Assembly: GCF_051955275.1 (NCBI RefSeq)
Contig: NZ_JBQCGW010000294.1
Location: forward strand, 695 to 64,694
Direction of reading: 5' to 3'
DNA length: 64,000 nucleotides
Origin: Pseudobacter sp.
GTDB lineage: Bacteria; Bacteroidota; Bacteroidia; Chitinophagales; Chitinophagaceae
Shown here: positions 51,477 through 61,017 of the stretch, one piece after another
Numbering within the stretch: the first letter of the stretch is position 1
How the letters are laid out: each line of letters opens with the position of its first letter
Made by a program: the position numbers and the translations under genes
Notes under the pieces: generated by a model
Told to the model about the DNA's origin: nothing
The model's input: the letters and a program-made list of their open reading frames with translations, nothing else
Database searches by the model: none

Positions 51477-52544
51477 ATGGCAAATCAGTCTTCGTACCAG
51501 ATCCGTCTTCCCCAGTTTGAGGGGCCATTTGACCTTCTGCTCTTCTTTATTGAGCGGGACGAGCTGGACATTTATAATATTCCCATCACCAATATCATCA
51601 AGGACTTCCTGGCCTATATCCATAGCCAGGAGAAACTCAATATAGAACTGAGTAGTGAGTTCATTCTCTTTGTGAGCACCCTCATGCGGATCAAGGCAAA
51701 AATGTTGCTGCCCCGCAAGGAAGTGGATGCCCAGGGCAATGAGATCGATCCCCGCCAGGAACTGGTTGACAAGATCCTTGAATACAAACGCTTCAAGGAA
51801 GCTGCCATTCAGATGGCTGAACTGGAAGCTACACGTATGCTGATGGTGCGCCGGGGTAACCTCGCCAAAGAATTGTCCACCATCGGTGAAGTATCCGGTG
51901 AAGGCACGGAGATCCAGACCATCACGCTCTTCAAACTCATGAAGACCTTCGAGCGGGTGATGAAAAGGCTGGAGCAGCGCAACAATAAACCCGTTCACAC
52001 GGTGGTGCGCTACAATTACACCATGGAAGAGAGCCGGGAGTACATGGTGAACACCTTGCGAAAAAACAAAACTGTTCCATTTGAGCGGATCTTCAACAGA
52101 GCCAATGACCGTATACAGGCTATCTTTCTTTTCCTGAGTATGCTGGAGTTGGTACAGCTGAAATATCTCACCATCATGGTGGGCGAAGGCAGAAATAATT
52201 TCATTGTTGAATACAATGAGAACAGGGAGGAAGATGAGTTCGGGTTGGATGGGTTACCGAATGGAATTGCATTTAAGAATGATGGGGACGATGATGGGGC
52301 TGACCTGTTGGGAGATGATGATGAATATGAAGAGGATGATTTTGAAGATGAAGAAGAAGAAAATGAAGAAGAGAATGAAGTAAGTGAAGAAGGTGAGAGC
52401 AGCGATGGTGCAGAGGAGAATGATGAAGAAAGTGATGACGAAGATGAAGAGGAAGGTGACGAAGATAAAGAGGATGATGATGACGAGGAAGAAGAGGAGG
52501 ATGACGAAGATGAAGAGGAATCCGATACTGAAAAAGAGAAATAA
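51477..52544 (+). CDS. scpA: Segregation and condensation protein A with an 88-aa D/E-rich C-terminal tail
   Basis: ..LPQFEGPFDLLLFFIERDELDIYNIPIT.. is the ScpA N-terminal signature. The core is ~265 aa and is followed by an acidic tail (62 of the last 88 residues are D or E by hand count). Confidence 0.85.
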   Translation: MANQSSYQIRLPQFEGPFDLLLFFIERDELDIYNIPITNIIKDFLAYIHSQEKLNIELSSEFILFVSTLMRIKAKMLLPRKEVDAQGNEIDPRQELVDKILEYKRFKEAAIQMAELEATRMLMVRRGNLAKELSTIGEVSGEGTEIQTITLFKLMKTFERVMKRLEQRNNKPVHTVVRYNYTMEESREYMVNTLRKNKTVPFERIFNRANDRIQAIFLFLSMLELVQLKYLTIMVGEGRNNFIVEYNENREEDEFGLDGLPNGIAFKNDGDDDGADLLGDDDEYEEDDFEDEEEENEEENEVSEEGESSDGAEENDEESDDEDEEEGDEDKEDDDDEEEEEDDEDEEESDTEKEK

Positions 52545-52555
52545 TTCAATACACA

Positions 52556-52600
52556 TAAGAGGGTGGCTCAAAATGAATTGAGCCACCCTCTTATATTTTA
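52556..52600 (+). terminator. Terminator of scpA
   Basis: A 15-bp perfect stem TAAGAGGGTGGCTCA / TGAGCCACCCTCTTA, followed by TATTTTA. Confidence 0.8.
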
Positions 52601-52701
52601 CAGTTCTGACCAGGTTGTAACAGCAATGGCGAAGACCGTTTTATCTACTGCTCATCATTTTTATTTAATATTGTAGCTGACACCTTTCAACTCTGCTTTT
52701 A

Positions 52702-53289
52702 TTGATTACTGACCAGCTATACCACGACCGGGAATTATTCCAGCGCATTGCACTGGGGGATGAGGATGCATTCCGCACATTGTTCCATCACTACAATAAA
52801 ACACTGCTGCCTTTCGTGGTAAAGCTTGTATCACCATTGCATGACCCAGCTGAAATTTTACAGGAAGTGTTCCTGCGCCTGTGGAAGCACCGCCAAAAAC
52901 TGGCGGATGTAGACAATCCCAAAGCATATATTGTCCGCATAGTTTCCAATGAAGCCGCCACCTATATGCAGAAACTGGCCAGACAAAACCGTCTGATGGA
53001 AAAAGCCATTCAGCACCATGGCCAGGAGCCGCTGACGCCTGAACAGCATATTGCGCTCAAGGAAACTGCCCGGCTGGTGACCGATGCGGTAGAACAGCTT
53101 ACCCCGGCCTGCCGCCAGGTGTATGTGCTGAGCCGGGAGGAACAACTTTCCCTGCCACAGATCGCTGAAAAATTACAACTGAGCGAGAGCACTGTCAAGA
53201 ACCAGCTGGTGAAGGCTTTGAAAGATATCCGGGTGTATATCCGGAAAAACGGACTGTCCACTTTTCTATCCTTTCCAATCATTCTATAA
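52702..53289 (+). CDS. ECF-type RNA polymerase sigma-70 factor (FecI-like)
   Basis: Region 2 (..FRTLFHHYNKTLLPFV..) and region 4 (..SLPQIAEKLQLSESTVKNQLVKAL..). The start is a TTG, so it is uncertain. Confidence 0.85.
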   Translation: MITDQLYHDRELFQRIALGDEDAFRTLFHHYNKTLLPFVVKLVSPLHDPAEILQEVFLRLWKHRQKLADVDNPKAYIVRIVSNEAATYMQKLARQNRLMEKAIQHHGQEPLTPEQHIALKETARLVTDAVEQLTPACRQVYVLSREEQLSLPQIAEKLQLSESTVKNQLVKALKDIRVYIRKNGLSTFLSFPIIL

Positions 53290-53389
53290 AATATTTCCGG
53301 AAGCTTTAGTCCTGAATCAAAAAACTCCGGTCTTGTAATTACCGGCCTTATCTAATACCCATAACAACGATTGCCATTAAAAAACAGCA

Positions 53390-54547
53390 ATGGAGAATTC
53401 AAGGATTGTCTATTTAGTGACCGGCTACCTCAACAATACTTTGACGGGGCTTGAAATTGACGAATTGCAGCTCATTTTATTGAATGAAGAAGAGAGTGAA
53501 ACGGTAGCAGCAGCATTCAGGGAGATCATGTTGCAAATGCCTGTTGATATGGGTTATCAGGCTGATCAATGGGAGTCGCTGGCTGACAGGATCCTTGCTC
53601 AGTCTACTGTGGAAACACCTGTAATAACTATGCAGCCAGGTGGTAAGAGGCGCATCTATTGGGCTGCTGCTGCGGTGGTTATGGCAGTGATAATAGCCGG
53701 TACCTGGTATGCTACAAGGAACAGGCTGGAAACAATAACGCTGGCCAAAACAGAACCAGAAGAAATACAGCCCGGCATGCAGGGAGCTTTGCTCACACTG
53801 GCCGATGGATCACAGGTATTGCTGGACACCATTCAGAACGGAGTGGTAGCCCTGCAGGGTGGTGCTACCGCAAAGGTGGTGAATGGCGCTCTGATCTATG
53901 AAGGGAAAGGAGAAGCTGTTTACAATACCATGAGCACACCCAAAGGCCGTCAGTTTCAAATGACACTTCCCGACGGTACGCAGGTATGGCTGAATGCGGC
54001 GAGTACTATCCGTTATCCAACAGTATTCACAGGCAATGAGAGAAGGGTGGAAGTTTCAGGTGAAACTTATTTTGAAGTGGCCCGGAATTCCAGAATGCCT
54101 TTCAGGGTTAGTGTGAACAATGGGGCAGACATCGAGGTACTTGGAACTCATTTCAATATCAATAGTTATAGCAATGAGAACAGCGTCAATGCCACACTGC
54201 TGCAGGGTTCCATCAGGGTGAAAAAGGGAGATGAAGCAGTGGTGATCAAACCCGGAGAACAGGCCCGTATGCAAAGCAGCATCCGTGTGGAGAAAGAAGT
54301 GGACCTGGAACAGGTAGTGGCATGGAAAAATGGACTTTTCAATTTCAATGGCTTGAAACTGGAAGAAGTGATGCGTCAGATTGAAAGATGGTATGGAATT
54401 GAAGTGGTATACGAAAAAGGAATTCCCAAAATCCCCGTAGTTGGTGAGATGTCGAAGGATATTCCACTTAACGGACTGATGATAGTACTTGAAAAACTGG
54501 ATATACACTACAGGCTGGAAGGAAGAAAGCTTATCATCCTGCCTTAA
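53390..54547 (+). CDS. FecR-family anti-sigma factor / sensor
   Basis: One TM helix (..IYWAAAAVVMAVIIAGTWY..), a FecR domain (..TLPDGTQVWLNAASTIRYP..) and a C-terminal DUF4974-like domain. Confidence 0.85.
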   Translation: MENSRIVYLVTGYLNNTLTGLEIDELQLILLNEEESETVAAAFREIMLQMPVDMGYQADQWESLADRILAQSTVETPVITMQPGGKRRIYWAAAAVVMAVIIAGTWYATRNRLETITLAKTEPEEIQPGMQGALLTLADGSQVLLDTIQNGVVALQGGATAKVVNGALIYEGKGEAVYNTMSTPKGRQFQMTLPDGTQVWLNAASTIRYPTVFTGNERRVEVSGETYFEVARNSRMPFRVSVNNGADIEVLGTHFNINSYSNENSVNATLLQGSIRVKKGDEAVVIKPGEQARMQSSIRVEKEVDLEQVVAWKNGLFNFNGLKLEEVMRQIERWYGIEVVYEKGIPKIPVVGEMSKDIPLNGLMIVLEKLDIHYRLEGRKLIILP

Positions 54548-54624
54548 AGCATTGAATCTTATCCCATAAAACAGCAGTTTCTAATTAAAACTAAAATAGT
54601 ACATCGCTGACCGGCAAAACAAAA

Positions 54625-54648
54625 CCGGAAGTGGGCGAACACTTCCGG
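54625..54648 (+). promoter_or_regulatory. Hairpin in the fecR-susC spacer
   Basis: A 9-bp perfect stem CCGGAAGTG / CACTTCCGG with a 6-nt loop and no T-tail. The ECF-dependent susC promoter is expected in this 167-nt spacer. Confidence 0.3.
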
Positions 54649-54714
54649 CAGATAGTTGGCCGATCCAAAATGGTGTGAGTACCAATTTTAAACAACCAAA
54701 ACTGTTCACAATTT

Positions 54715-57700
54715 ATGCAAAAAACTGCTATGGGTGGCTGGAATGCCCGGGGCTCTGCATTCCTGCTATCGGCTCAAATGCTGAGAATTATGCGTATGCT
54801 TACTTTCTTTCTCTTCGTTGCTCTGCTTTCTGTGCATGCCGAAAGTCCCGCGCAGAGCATTACGATGTCTGTAAAGAACACCCCTCTGAAACAGGTTTTC
54901 TCTATCATCAAAAAACAAACAGGTTATGTGGTGCTCTACAATGAGCAGATCCTCTCTGCCGCCAGGCCTGTTTCTATCAATGCCCAGGATATGCCGCTGG
55001 CTGAATTTCTTGGCGCCGTTCTGAAGAATCAATCCATCGACTACACTATACAGGGCAAAACGATCGTGCTCTCCCGCATACCTGTTACCCGTTTTGGTGA
55101 TCCTGCACCTGAACCCGGTTTTCAGCCCGGCGAAATGCAAACGCCTGTTAAGATCCGTATCACGGACTCTTCTGGCGCGCCGCTGGCGGGAGCCTCCGTG
55201 TCTGTCAGAGGTAGTAAGATATCCGGCGTTACAGATGCTGATGGGATCGTGAGCCTGAATGTGAAATCTGGCGAAGTGCTGGTGATCACATTTGTTGGTC
55301 ATGAATCCCGGACTGTAATTGTTTCGCCTGCACAATATGCAGCACGCAGAATTACTGTTGCGATGACAAGAACCAATAGCGAACTCTCTGTTGTGGAAGT
55401 ATCATTAAGCACGGGGTATCAAAAGATCCCCACTTACCAGATGACGGGTGCTGCCTCTGTGATGTCTGAAAAAGATTATCAGCAACGCGTGGCTGTTACC
55501 GGTAATTTCCTGGAAAGCCTTGAAGGTAAAGTTCCCGGTCTCGTATACAACGGTCAAACAGGTGAGCTCACCATCCGCGGTGTGTCTACATTTGATGCGG
55601 TGAAGAAACCATTGATCGTACTGGATGGATTTCCTACAGAAATAGACCTGCGTACTATCAATCCTTTGGATATCGTATCTGTCAGCGTACTGCGCGATGC
55701 GGCAGCTGCCTCCATCTATGGAGTAAGGGCCAGCAATGGGGTGATTGTTGTGGAAACCCGCCGCGGCAAATCCGGCAAGCCGGTATTCAATGTGCGCGCC
55801 ACGCAAGCCTTTCAGCCCAAACCGGATTTTGGTTACCTGAAATATGCTCCCGCCAGCGAATTTGTGCAGTTACAGAAAGAGAATTTCAATATCGCTAAAA
55901 CATCTTTTCTCCTGTATGACTGGGGCTATTATAAAATGAACCCGGTTGAGCAGATCATGTTCGGCATGACGCAGTTGTCTGTTTCCAATCCGCTGCTCAC
56001 TGAGGCGCAGGCAGACGCAAAACTGGCCGCACTCGGTAATTATGACAATCTCAAAGATTACGAGAAGTTATTCTATCAGCATCGCCAGACCACCAATCTC
56101 AATGTGGATGTAAGTGGAGGTAACGATAAAAGCACCTACATGATGGGGGTGAACTATATCGGCGAAACACCCGTGAACCGGAGGTCTGAGAACAAGCAGA
56201 TCATCCTCAACCTTGCCAATACTTTCAAATTCACCGATTGGCTGAAATTCGATTTCAGGGGAACCTATCTTAATGTCAAAGATGTTTCCGGTAACACACC
56301 TTCTTACCAGGATTTCTTTCCCTATGAGCGTTTTGCAGATGAGAACGGAAATGCGCTGCCAGTAGCGCTTGATCCGGGCCGCGATTATATCTCAAGAGTG
56401 ATCACCAGACAAAAGAACGACGCCCTGATGGCTGCCGGGTTGTATGATCAGTTCTATTATCCTTTGAAAGAACTGTACGGGAACACCAATACCACCAAAG
56501 GTTCATCCACCCGTTTCCAGGGAAGGTTCAATGTGAAATTGACCAACTGGCTGAATGTAGATCTGGGCGGCAACTACGAGAATCAGAGTTCCATCCTGGA
56601 TCAGTTACATACGGAGGATGCATTCAATACCCGTGTAATGGTCTCCAATATGGCTTTGAAAGATGCCGTTACCGGACAGGCATTATTTACGAATATGCCT
56701 AAAGGTGATATCCTGGAGAAAACAAACCAGCGCATCACCAATTATACAGCCAGGATGCAGCTGAACCTCGGTCAGCGTTTTGGTGATCATGAAATCTCCG
56801 GTATCCTGGGTATTGAGAGAAAGCAAACACTCACGCAGGCATATAAAACTACTTTCTTTGGATATGACGATCAGACTTTGATCAGTAAGCCCATCAACAT
56901 GAGTGTACTGAATGCCACAAATCAGCCTGCATTTGATGAGCTTGGATTCGGAGCAAGCTTCAATAGCACCAATTATTTCAACGAAAAGGAAATCGATAAC
57001 AGGTTCATGTCTTATTATGGCCAGGGCACTTATATCTTCCGGGGCAAATATGTACTGACAGGTAGTTTCAGGATCGATCAGACGAACCTGTTTGGTGTTG
57101 CTCCTAAATACAAGTACAAGCCACTCTGGTCCGCCGGTGTGAACTGGAGATTGAGTGAAGAAGATTTTGCAAAAAACTGGAACTGGGCCAAAAACCTGCA
57201 ACTCCGTGCTGCTACAGGTTTCAACGGAAACGTGCCCAGCAGCAATAACGGTGCATTCCTGATCCTCTCTTCAGGTCTCAATACCATTCTGAATACACCG
57301 CTTGCCTACAACGATGTGCTGACGCCGGAAAACCAATCGCTTCGCTGGGAAACAACTCTTAATTACAATTTCGGGGTTGACTATACTTTGCTGAACAACA
57401 AGATCACAGGCTCTGTTGATTATTATGTAAAAAGAAGTACAGATGTGTTTGGCCAGTTGGATGCCGATCCTACTTCCGGATTCAATCAGTATAATGCCAA
57501 TACAGCTTCCATCCGAAACAGTGGCCTGGAAGTGTTGGTTAGCAGTGAACTGATGAAGAAGAAGAATTTCCTGTGGAGAGTACAGGTTACAGGTTCATTC
57601 AACTATAATAAAGTACTGGCGGTAAAAGCAACTGAATTCGCCAATTCACAACTGATCACTTCAGGGAATTTATTTGTACAAGGTCAGCCCATGAATGCAT

Positions 57701-58365
57701 TGTACAGTTACAATTATGGGGGGCTTAATTCAATTGGGCAGCCATTTGTATATGACAGGAAAGGAAATCAGAAGATCCTTGCTTTTTATGGAAATGCACA
57801 GGTAGACGTAACAAAAGAGGATCTGATCTATAATGGTACTACCACTCCGAAATATGTATTGGGATTGAACAATCAGTTCAGCATCGGCGCTTTTGATGTT
57901 TCGTTGCTTTTCATGTATTATGGTGGCCATGTAATGAGAGTGGAGCAACCCAATCCAAATAATATCGGTTTCTATACCAATAACCCGCTCCAGGGTTCCA
58001 GCAATTTCTGGAGAAAGACAGGTGATGAGAAACTGACCAATATTCCTGGCTATGTAAGAGCCAGCAGTGCTGCTCCCGGTTATTATCAATCCTATGCGTT
58101 GTATGGATACGATTATGCATCGCAGTTTGTGCGTAAGGCCGATTATATCAGGCTGAGAGATCTGATTGTTACTTACAATGCCCGGGGCGCCTTCTTTAAA
58201 AAACTGGGATTGAACAATCCACAGATCCGGATTCAAGCTCAGAATCTTTTCCGATACACCTTCAGCGGCAATGATATCGATCCTGAAGCGATTGACCGTG
58301 TTTCCGGCGTACGCAGACTGGAGACCCAACCTTTTTACAGCATCACCATTTCCTCCGCTTTCTAA
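54715..58365 (+). CDS. SusC/RagA-family TonB-dependent transducer (N-terminal STN signalling domain)
   Basis: 1216 aa. STN domain (..ITMSVKNTPLKQVFSIIKKQTGYVVLYNEQ..), carboxypeptidase-regulatory-like domain, plug with ..TIRGVSTF.., a barrel and a terminal ..FYSITISSAF. An alternative start is at 54778. Confidence 0.9.
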   Translation: MQKTAMGGWNARGSAFLLSAQMLRIMRMLTFFLFVALLSVHAESPAQSITMSVKNTPLKQVFSIIKKQTGYVVLYNEQILSAARPVSINAQDMPLAEFLGAVLKNQSIDYTIQGKTIVLSRIPVTRFGDPAPEPGFQPGEMQTPVKIRITDSSGAPLAGASVSVRGSKISGVTDADGIVSLNVKSGEVLVITFVGHESRTVIVSPAQYAARRITVAMTRTNSELSVVEVSLSTGYQKIPTYQMTGAASVMSEKDYQQRVAVTGNFLESLEGKVPGLVYNGQTGELTIRGVSTFDAVKKPLIVLDGFPTEIDLRTINPLDIVSVSVLRDAAAASIYGVRASNGVIVVETRRGKSGKPVFNVRATQAFQPKPDFGYLKYAPASEFVQLQKENFNIAKTSFLLYDWGYYKMNPVEQIMFGMTQLSVSNPLLTEAQADAKLAALGNYDNLKDYEKLFYQHRQTTNLNVDVSGGNDKSTYMMGVNYIGETPVNRRSENKQIILNLANTFKFTDWLKFDFRGTYLNVKDVSGNTPSYQDFFPYERFADENGNALPVALDPGRDYISRVITRQKNDALMAAGLYDQFYYPLKELYGNTNTTKGSSTRFQGRFNVKLTNWLNVDLGGNYENQSSILDQLHTEDAFNTRVMVSNMALKDAVTGQALFTNMPKGDILEKTNQRITNYTARMQLNLGQRFGDHEISGILGIERKQTLTQAYKTTFFGYDDQTLISKPINMSVLNATNQPAFDELGFGASFNSTNYFNEKEIDNRFMSYYGQGTYIFRGKYVLTGSFRIDQTNLFGVAPKYKYKPLWSAGVNWRLSEEDFAKNWNWAKNLQLRAATGFNGNVPSSNNGAFLILSSGLNTILNTPLAYNDVLTPENQSLRWETTLNYNFGVDYTLLNNKITGSVDYYVKRSTDVFGQLDADPTSGFNQYNANTASIRNSGLEVLVSSELMKKKNFLWRVQVTGSFNYNKVLAVKATEFANSQLITSGNLFVQGQPMNALYSYNYGGLNSIGQPFVYDRKGNQKILAFYGNAQVDVTKEDLIYNGTTTPKYVLGLNNQFSIGAFDVSLLFMYYGGHVMRVEQPNPNNIGFYTNNPLQGSSNFWRKTGDEKLTNIPGYVRASSAAPGYYQSYALYGYDYASQFVRKADYIRLRDLIVTYNARGAFFKKLGLNNPQIRIQAQNLFRYTFSGNDIDPEAIDRVSGVRRLETQPFYSITISSAF

Positions 58366-58366
58366 A

Positions 58367-59710
58367 ATGAATTACATGAAAAACGTTTCTTTCATCATAC
58401 TTGTTTTCCTGGCAGTGAGCTTTACTGCCTGCGATAAATACCTGGAGGTAAAACCTAAGGGACTTGTGATACCGGAAAAGCTGGCCGACTACGAAGGCCT
58501 GTTGAATTCACGTACCATGACGATGACCTTCCCGATCAATCTCCTCGATTTTACCGATGATGTTTTCAATAAGATCGATGCCGTGAATCAATCAGCCACT
58601 GCCAATGGTTACTACTGGAGGCCGATGATCTCCATCGATGAAAAAGCAAGTCCGGATATCTGGGGGCCGCTCTACCGTTGCATCTATGATGCCAATGTGA
58701 TCATCAACGGCGTGCCTGAAGTGCCCGATGGATCAGAGATTGAAAAGAACAGGGTGATCGCAGAAGCGAAAGTGATCAGGGCCAATAATTACCTGGAGTT
58801 GCTGACTGTTTTTGCAAAAGTGTACAACCCTGCCACTGCCGGTACAGATCCGGGATTGCCGATGGTTACCAGCATTGATGTTACTGATAAGACCCCCGCA
58901 CGTTCAACGGTAAAAGCCACCATCGATGCTATTATAGATGATGTAAAGACAGCTGCAGACGTTCTTCCAGCCAATAATGTGAACAGGTACCGTGTTACGA
59001 AATATGTGGCGTATGGATTGCTCAGCCGCATCTATCTGTATATGGGAGATTTTGCAAATGCTGCTGTCTATACCAGCAAAGCACTCGAAGCAACCCATGC
59101 TATCCTCGATTACAATGCTTATGCAAATGCGGATCTGTTACCAGTTTATGATCTGAACCCGGAAGTGCTCTGGCAGCGTGCTGCTGTTTCGGGCTCGCCT
59201 ATTTTCATGATCTATTCAGAAGATCTGAAAACTTATTTCAACAGCTCCGATATCCGTTACAGTTTTATCACAGTTACCAATAATGATGGACTGGGCCGTA
59301 GTTCATTGCCTGGCCGTTACAGTTTTGGTATCGGGTTTCCCGAAATGTACCTGACAAAAGCAGAGCTGCTGGCAAGGGACAATCAGTACAATGAGGCCAT
59401 GGCCATTGTGAATATGCTCAGGAAGAAGCGGATCCGAACAGCAGACTATGCAGACCAGACAGCTGCTGACGGAGCAGACGCACTCACGAAGGTGCTGGCG
59501 GAACGCAGAAGGGAACTGGCTTTCAGCGGCCTGAGGTGGTTCGATATGAAAAGGCTGGACCGAGAAGGGAAAATGCCTGAAGTAAAACGTATCAATAAAG
59601 ACAATAACCAGGTGGAGGCCACACTGGCTCCCCATAGCCCCAATTACACATTTGAAATTCCGGTAAGGGTACAATTGTTCAACCCGGGAATGGAATTGAA
59701 TCACAAGTAA
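58367..59710 (+). CDS. SusD/RagB-family lipoprotein
   Basis: ATG at 58367 gives MNYMKNVSFIILVFLAVSFTAC (lipobox). C-terminal ..ERRRELAFSGLRWFDMKRL.. is present. It starts 1 nt after the susC stop. Confidence 0.9.
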   Translation: MNYMKNVSFIILVFLAVSFTACDKYLEVKPKGLVIPEKLADYEGLLNSRTMTMTFPINLLDFTDDVFNKIDAVNQSATANGYYWRPMISIDEKASPDIWGPLYRCIYDANVIINGVPEVPDGSEIEKNRVIAEAKVIRANNYLELLTVFAKVYNPATAGTDPGLPMVTSIDVTDKTPARSTVKATIDAIIDDVKTAADVLPANNVNRYRVTKYVAYGLLSRIYLYMGDFANAAVYTSKALEATHAILDYNAYANADLLPVYDLNPEVLWQRAAVSGSPIFMIYSEDLKTYFNSSDIRYSFITVTNNDGLGRSSLPGRYSFGIGFPEMYLTKAELLARDNQYNEAMAIVNMLRKKRIRTADYADQTAADGADALTKVLAERRRELAFSGLRWFDMKRLDREGKMPEVKRINKDNNQVEATLAPHSPNYTFEIPVRVQLFNPGMELNHK

Positions 59711-59721
59711 AAAAGTATATC

Positions 59722-60963
59722 ATGAAAAAAACTCTGATCGCCTTGCTGCTCCTGGCGAATGGCAGCCTCTTTGCTCAAAAGAACCCTTATGGGGTAAGTG
59801 ATGACCTGTTGAAAGATAAAGAAGAAACGCTGGCGAAATACATCCCAATGAGTGGTAAACAATACCTGTTTGCTGCTTACGTGATCGAGCCCGCTGAATT
59901 CCTCGGAAAACTGGATGCGTTTAAAAAGGAAGTACAACCTTCCATTGATGCGGAAACAGATCCTGCTATCAGGGAACTGAAAGCTAAAGACCTTGACTAC
60001 TATTCCCGCAATGTGCTCAAGCACTATATCCTGTATTTTGGGCTGGACTCTTTGGGGTTGGTGAATCTTGATAAAGTGATGGTGGCTAAAAAGGGAGCCC
60101 CTGATTTCAATGCGGCCATTGACTCAGCTTTCAGGAAGATCTATCTTAAAAAACTGGACATAGGAGAAAAAGCGAAGCTGAACGGGAAAGTGATGCAGGG
60201 TGGTAGTCCGGCGGATGCTGCACTATTCAAACGTTCTGCTGCATACCGTCAGTGGATGGAGGAGTATGTGACTGATCTGCGTCAGACAAAATATAAGTCC
60301 GATACAACACTTGGTTATGAAGGGCAGAACCTGGTAAAGCTGCGCGTGGTTACAAAGGAAATAGAAGACCCCTTCATCAAAGAATATATGAGCTATAACC
60401 TGGCCGGCATTGTGCTGAAGATGGTGAATAATGAAGCAGGCCGGGAAGAAGGTTACCAGACCTTTATGAGCATTGCCAGCAATGATGCTGCCAAAAAAAG
60501 CCTGAAGGAAGTGTATGACAATAACAGGATGATGGAATCAAATGCCATGTCGCCCGAGTTCAGTTATGTGAACATCAATAATAAAAAAGTTACATTGAAA
60601 GAACTGCGCGGAAAGTATGTGTACATCGATGTTTGGGCTACCTGGTGCGGGCCCTGCAAGGCTGAAATTCCACATCTTCAAAAAGTGGAGAAGGACTATC
60701 ACGGAAAGAATATCCATTTTGTGAGTCTTTCCGTGGATAAGCAGGCAGATAAACCCAAATGGGAGAAATATGTAAATGAGAATAAACTGGGCGGTATTCA
60801 GCTTATTGCCGACAAGGACTTTGAATCTGACTTCATCAAAAAATACAATATCGCTTCCATACCCCGCTTTATCCTTATCGATCCAAAAGGAAAGATTGTT
60901 TCAGGTAATGCATTGAGGCCATCTGATCCCGGCCTCAGGGAATTGCTGGATAAATTATTGTAA
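59722..60963 (+). CDS. TlpA-like thiol:disulfide oxidoreductase with a ~270-aa N-terminal domain of unknown function
   Basis: The C-terminal thioredoxin fold carries VWATWCGPCKAEIP. A signal peptide is present. It starts 11 nt after the susD stop, so it is probably in the same operon. Confidence 0.8.
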   Translation: MKKTLIALLLLANGSLFAQKNPYGVSDDLLKDKEETLAKYIPMSGKQYLFAAYVIEPAEFLGKLDAFKKEVQPSIDAETDPAIRELKAKDLDYYSRNVLKHYILYFGLDSLGLVNLDKVMVAKKGAPDFNAAIDSAFRKIYLKKLDIGEKAKLNGKVMQGGSPADAALFKRSAAYRQWMEEYVTDLRQTKYKSDTTLGYEGQNLVKLRVVTKEIEDPFIKEYMSYNLAGIVLKMVNNEAGREEGYQTFMSIASNDAAKKSLKEVYDNNRMMESNAMSPEFSYVNINNKKVTLKELRGKYVYIDVWATWCGPCKAEIPHLQKVEKDYHGKNIHFVSLSVDKQADKPKWEKYVNENKLGGIQLIADKDFESDFIKKYNIASIPRFILIDPKGKIVSGNALRPSDPGLRELLDKLL

Positions 60964-60982
60964 AAGAATAGTTGCTAATACG

Positions 60983-61017
60983 ATCCCTGCTCCGGACATC
61001 CGGGACAGGGATTTTTG
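60983..61017 (+). terminator. Terminator of the SusC/SusD/TlpA operon
   Basis: Stem ATCCCTG..TCCGG / CCGG..CAGGGAT, followed by TTTTTG. Confidence 0.7.

Noticed and set aside
52016-52549. A 177-aa poly-serine ORF (and 52254..52586) opposite the scpA acidic tail.
   Set aside because: It is the antisense reading of GAA/GAT/GAG repeats (TTC/ATC/CTC and shifted TCN). This is an artefact of the homopurine tract.
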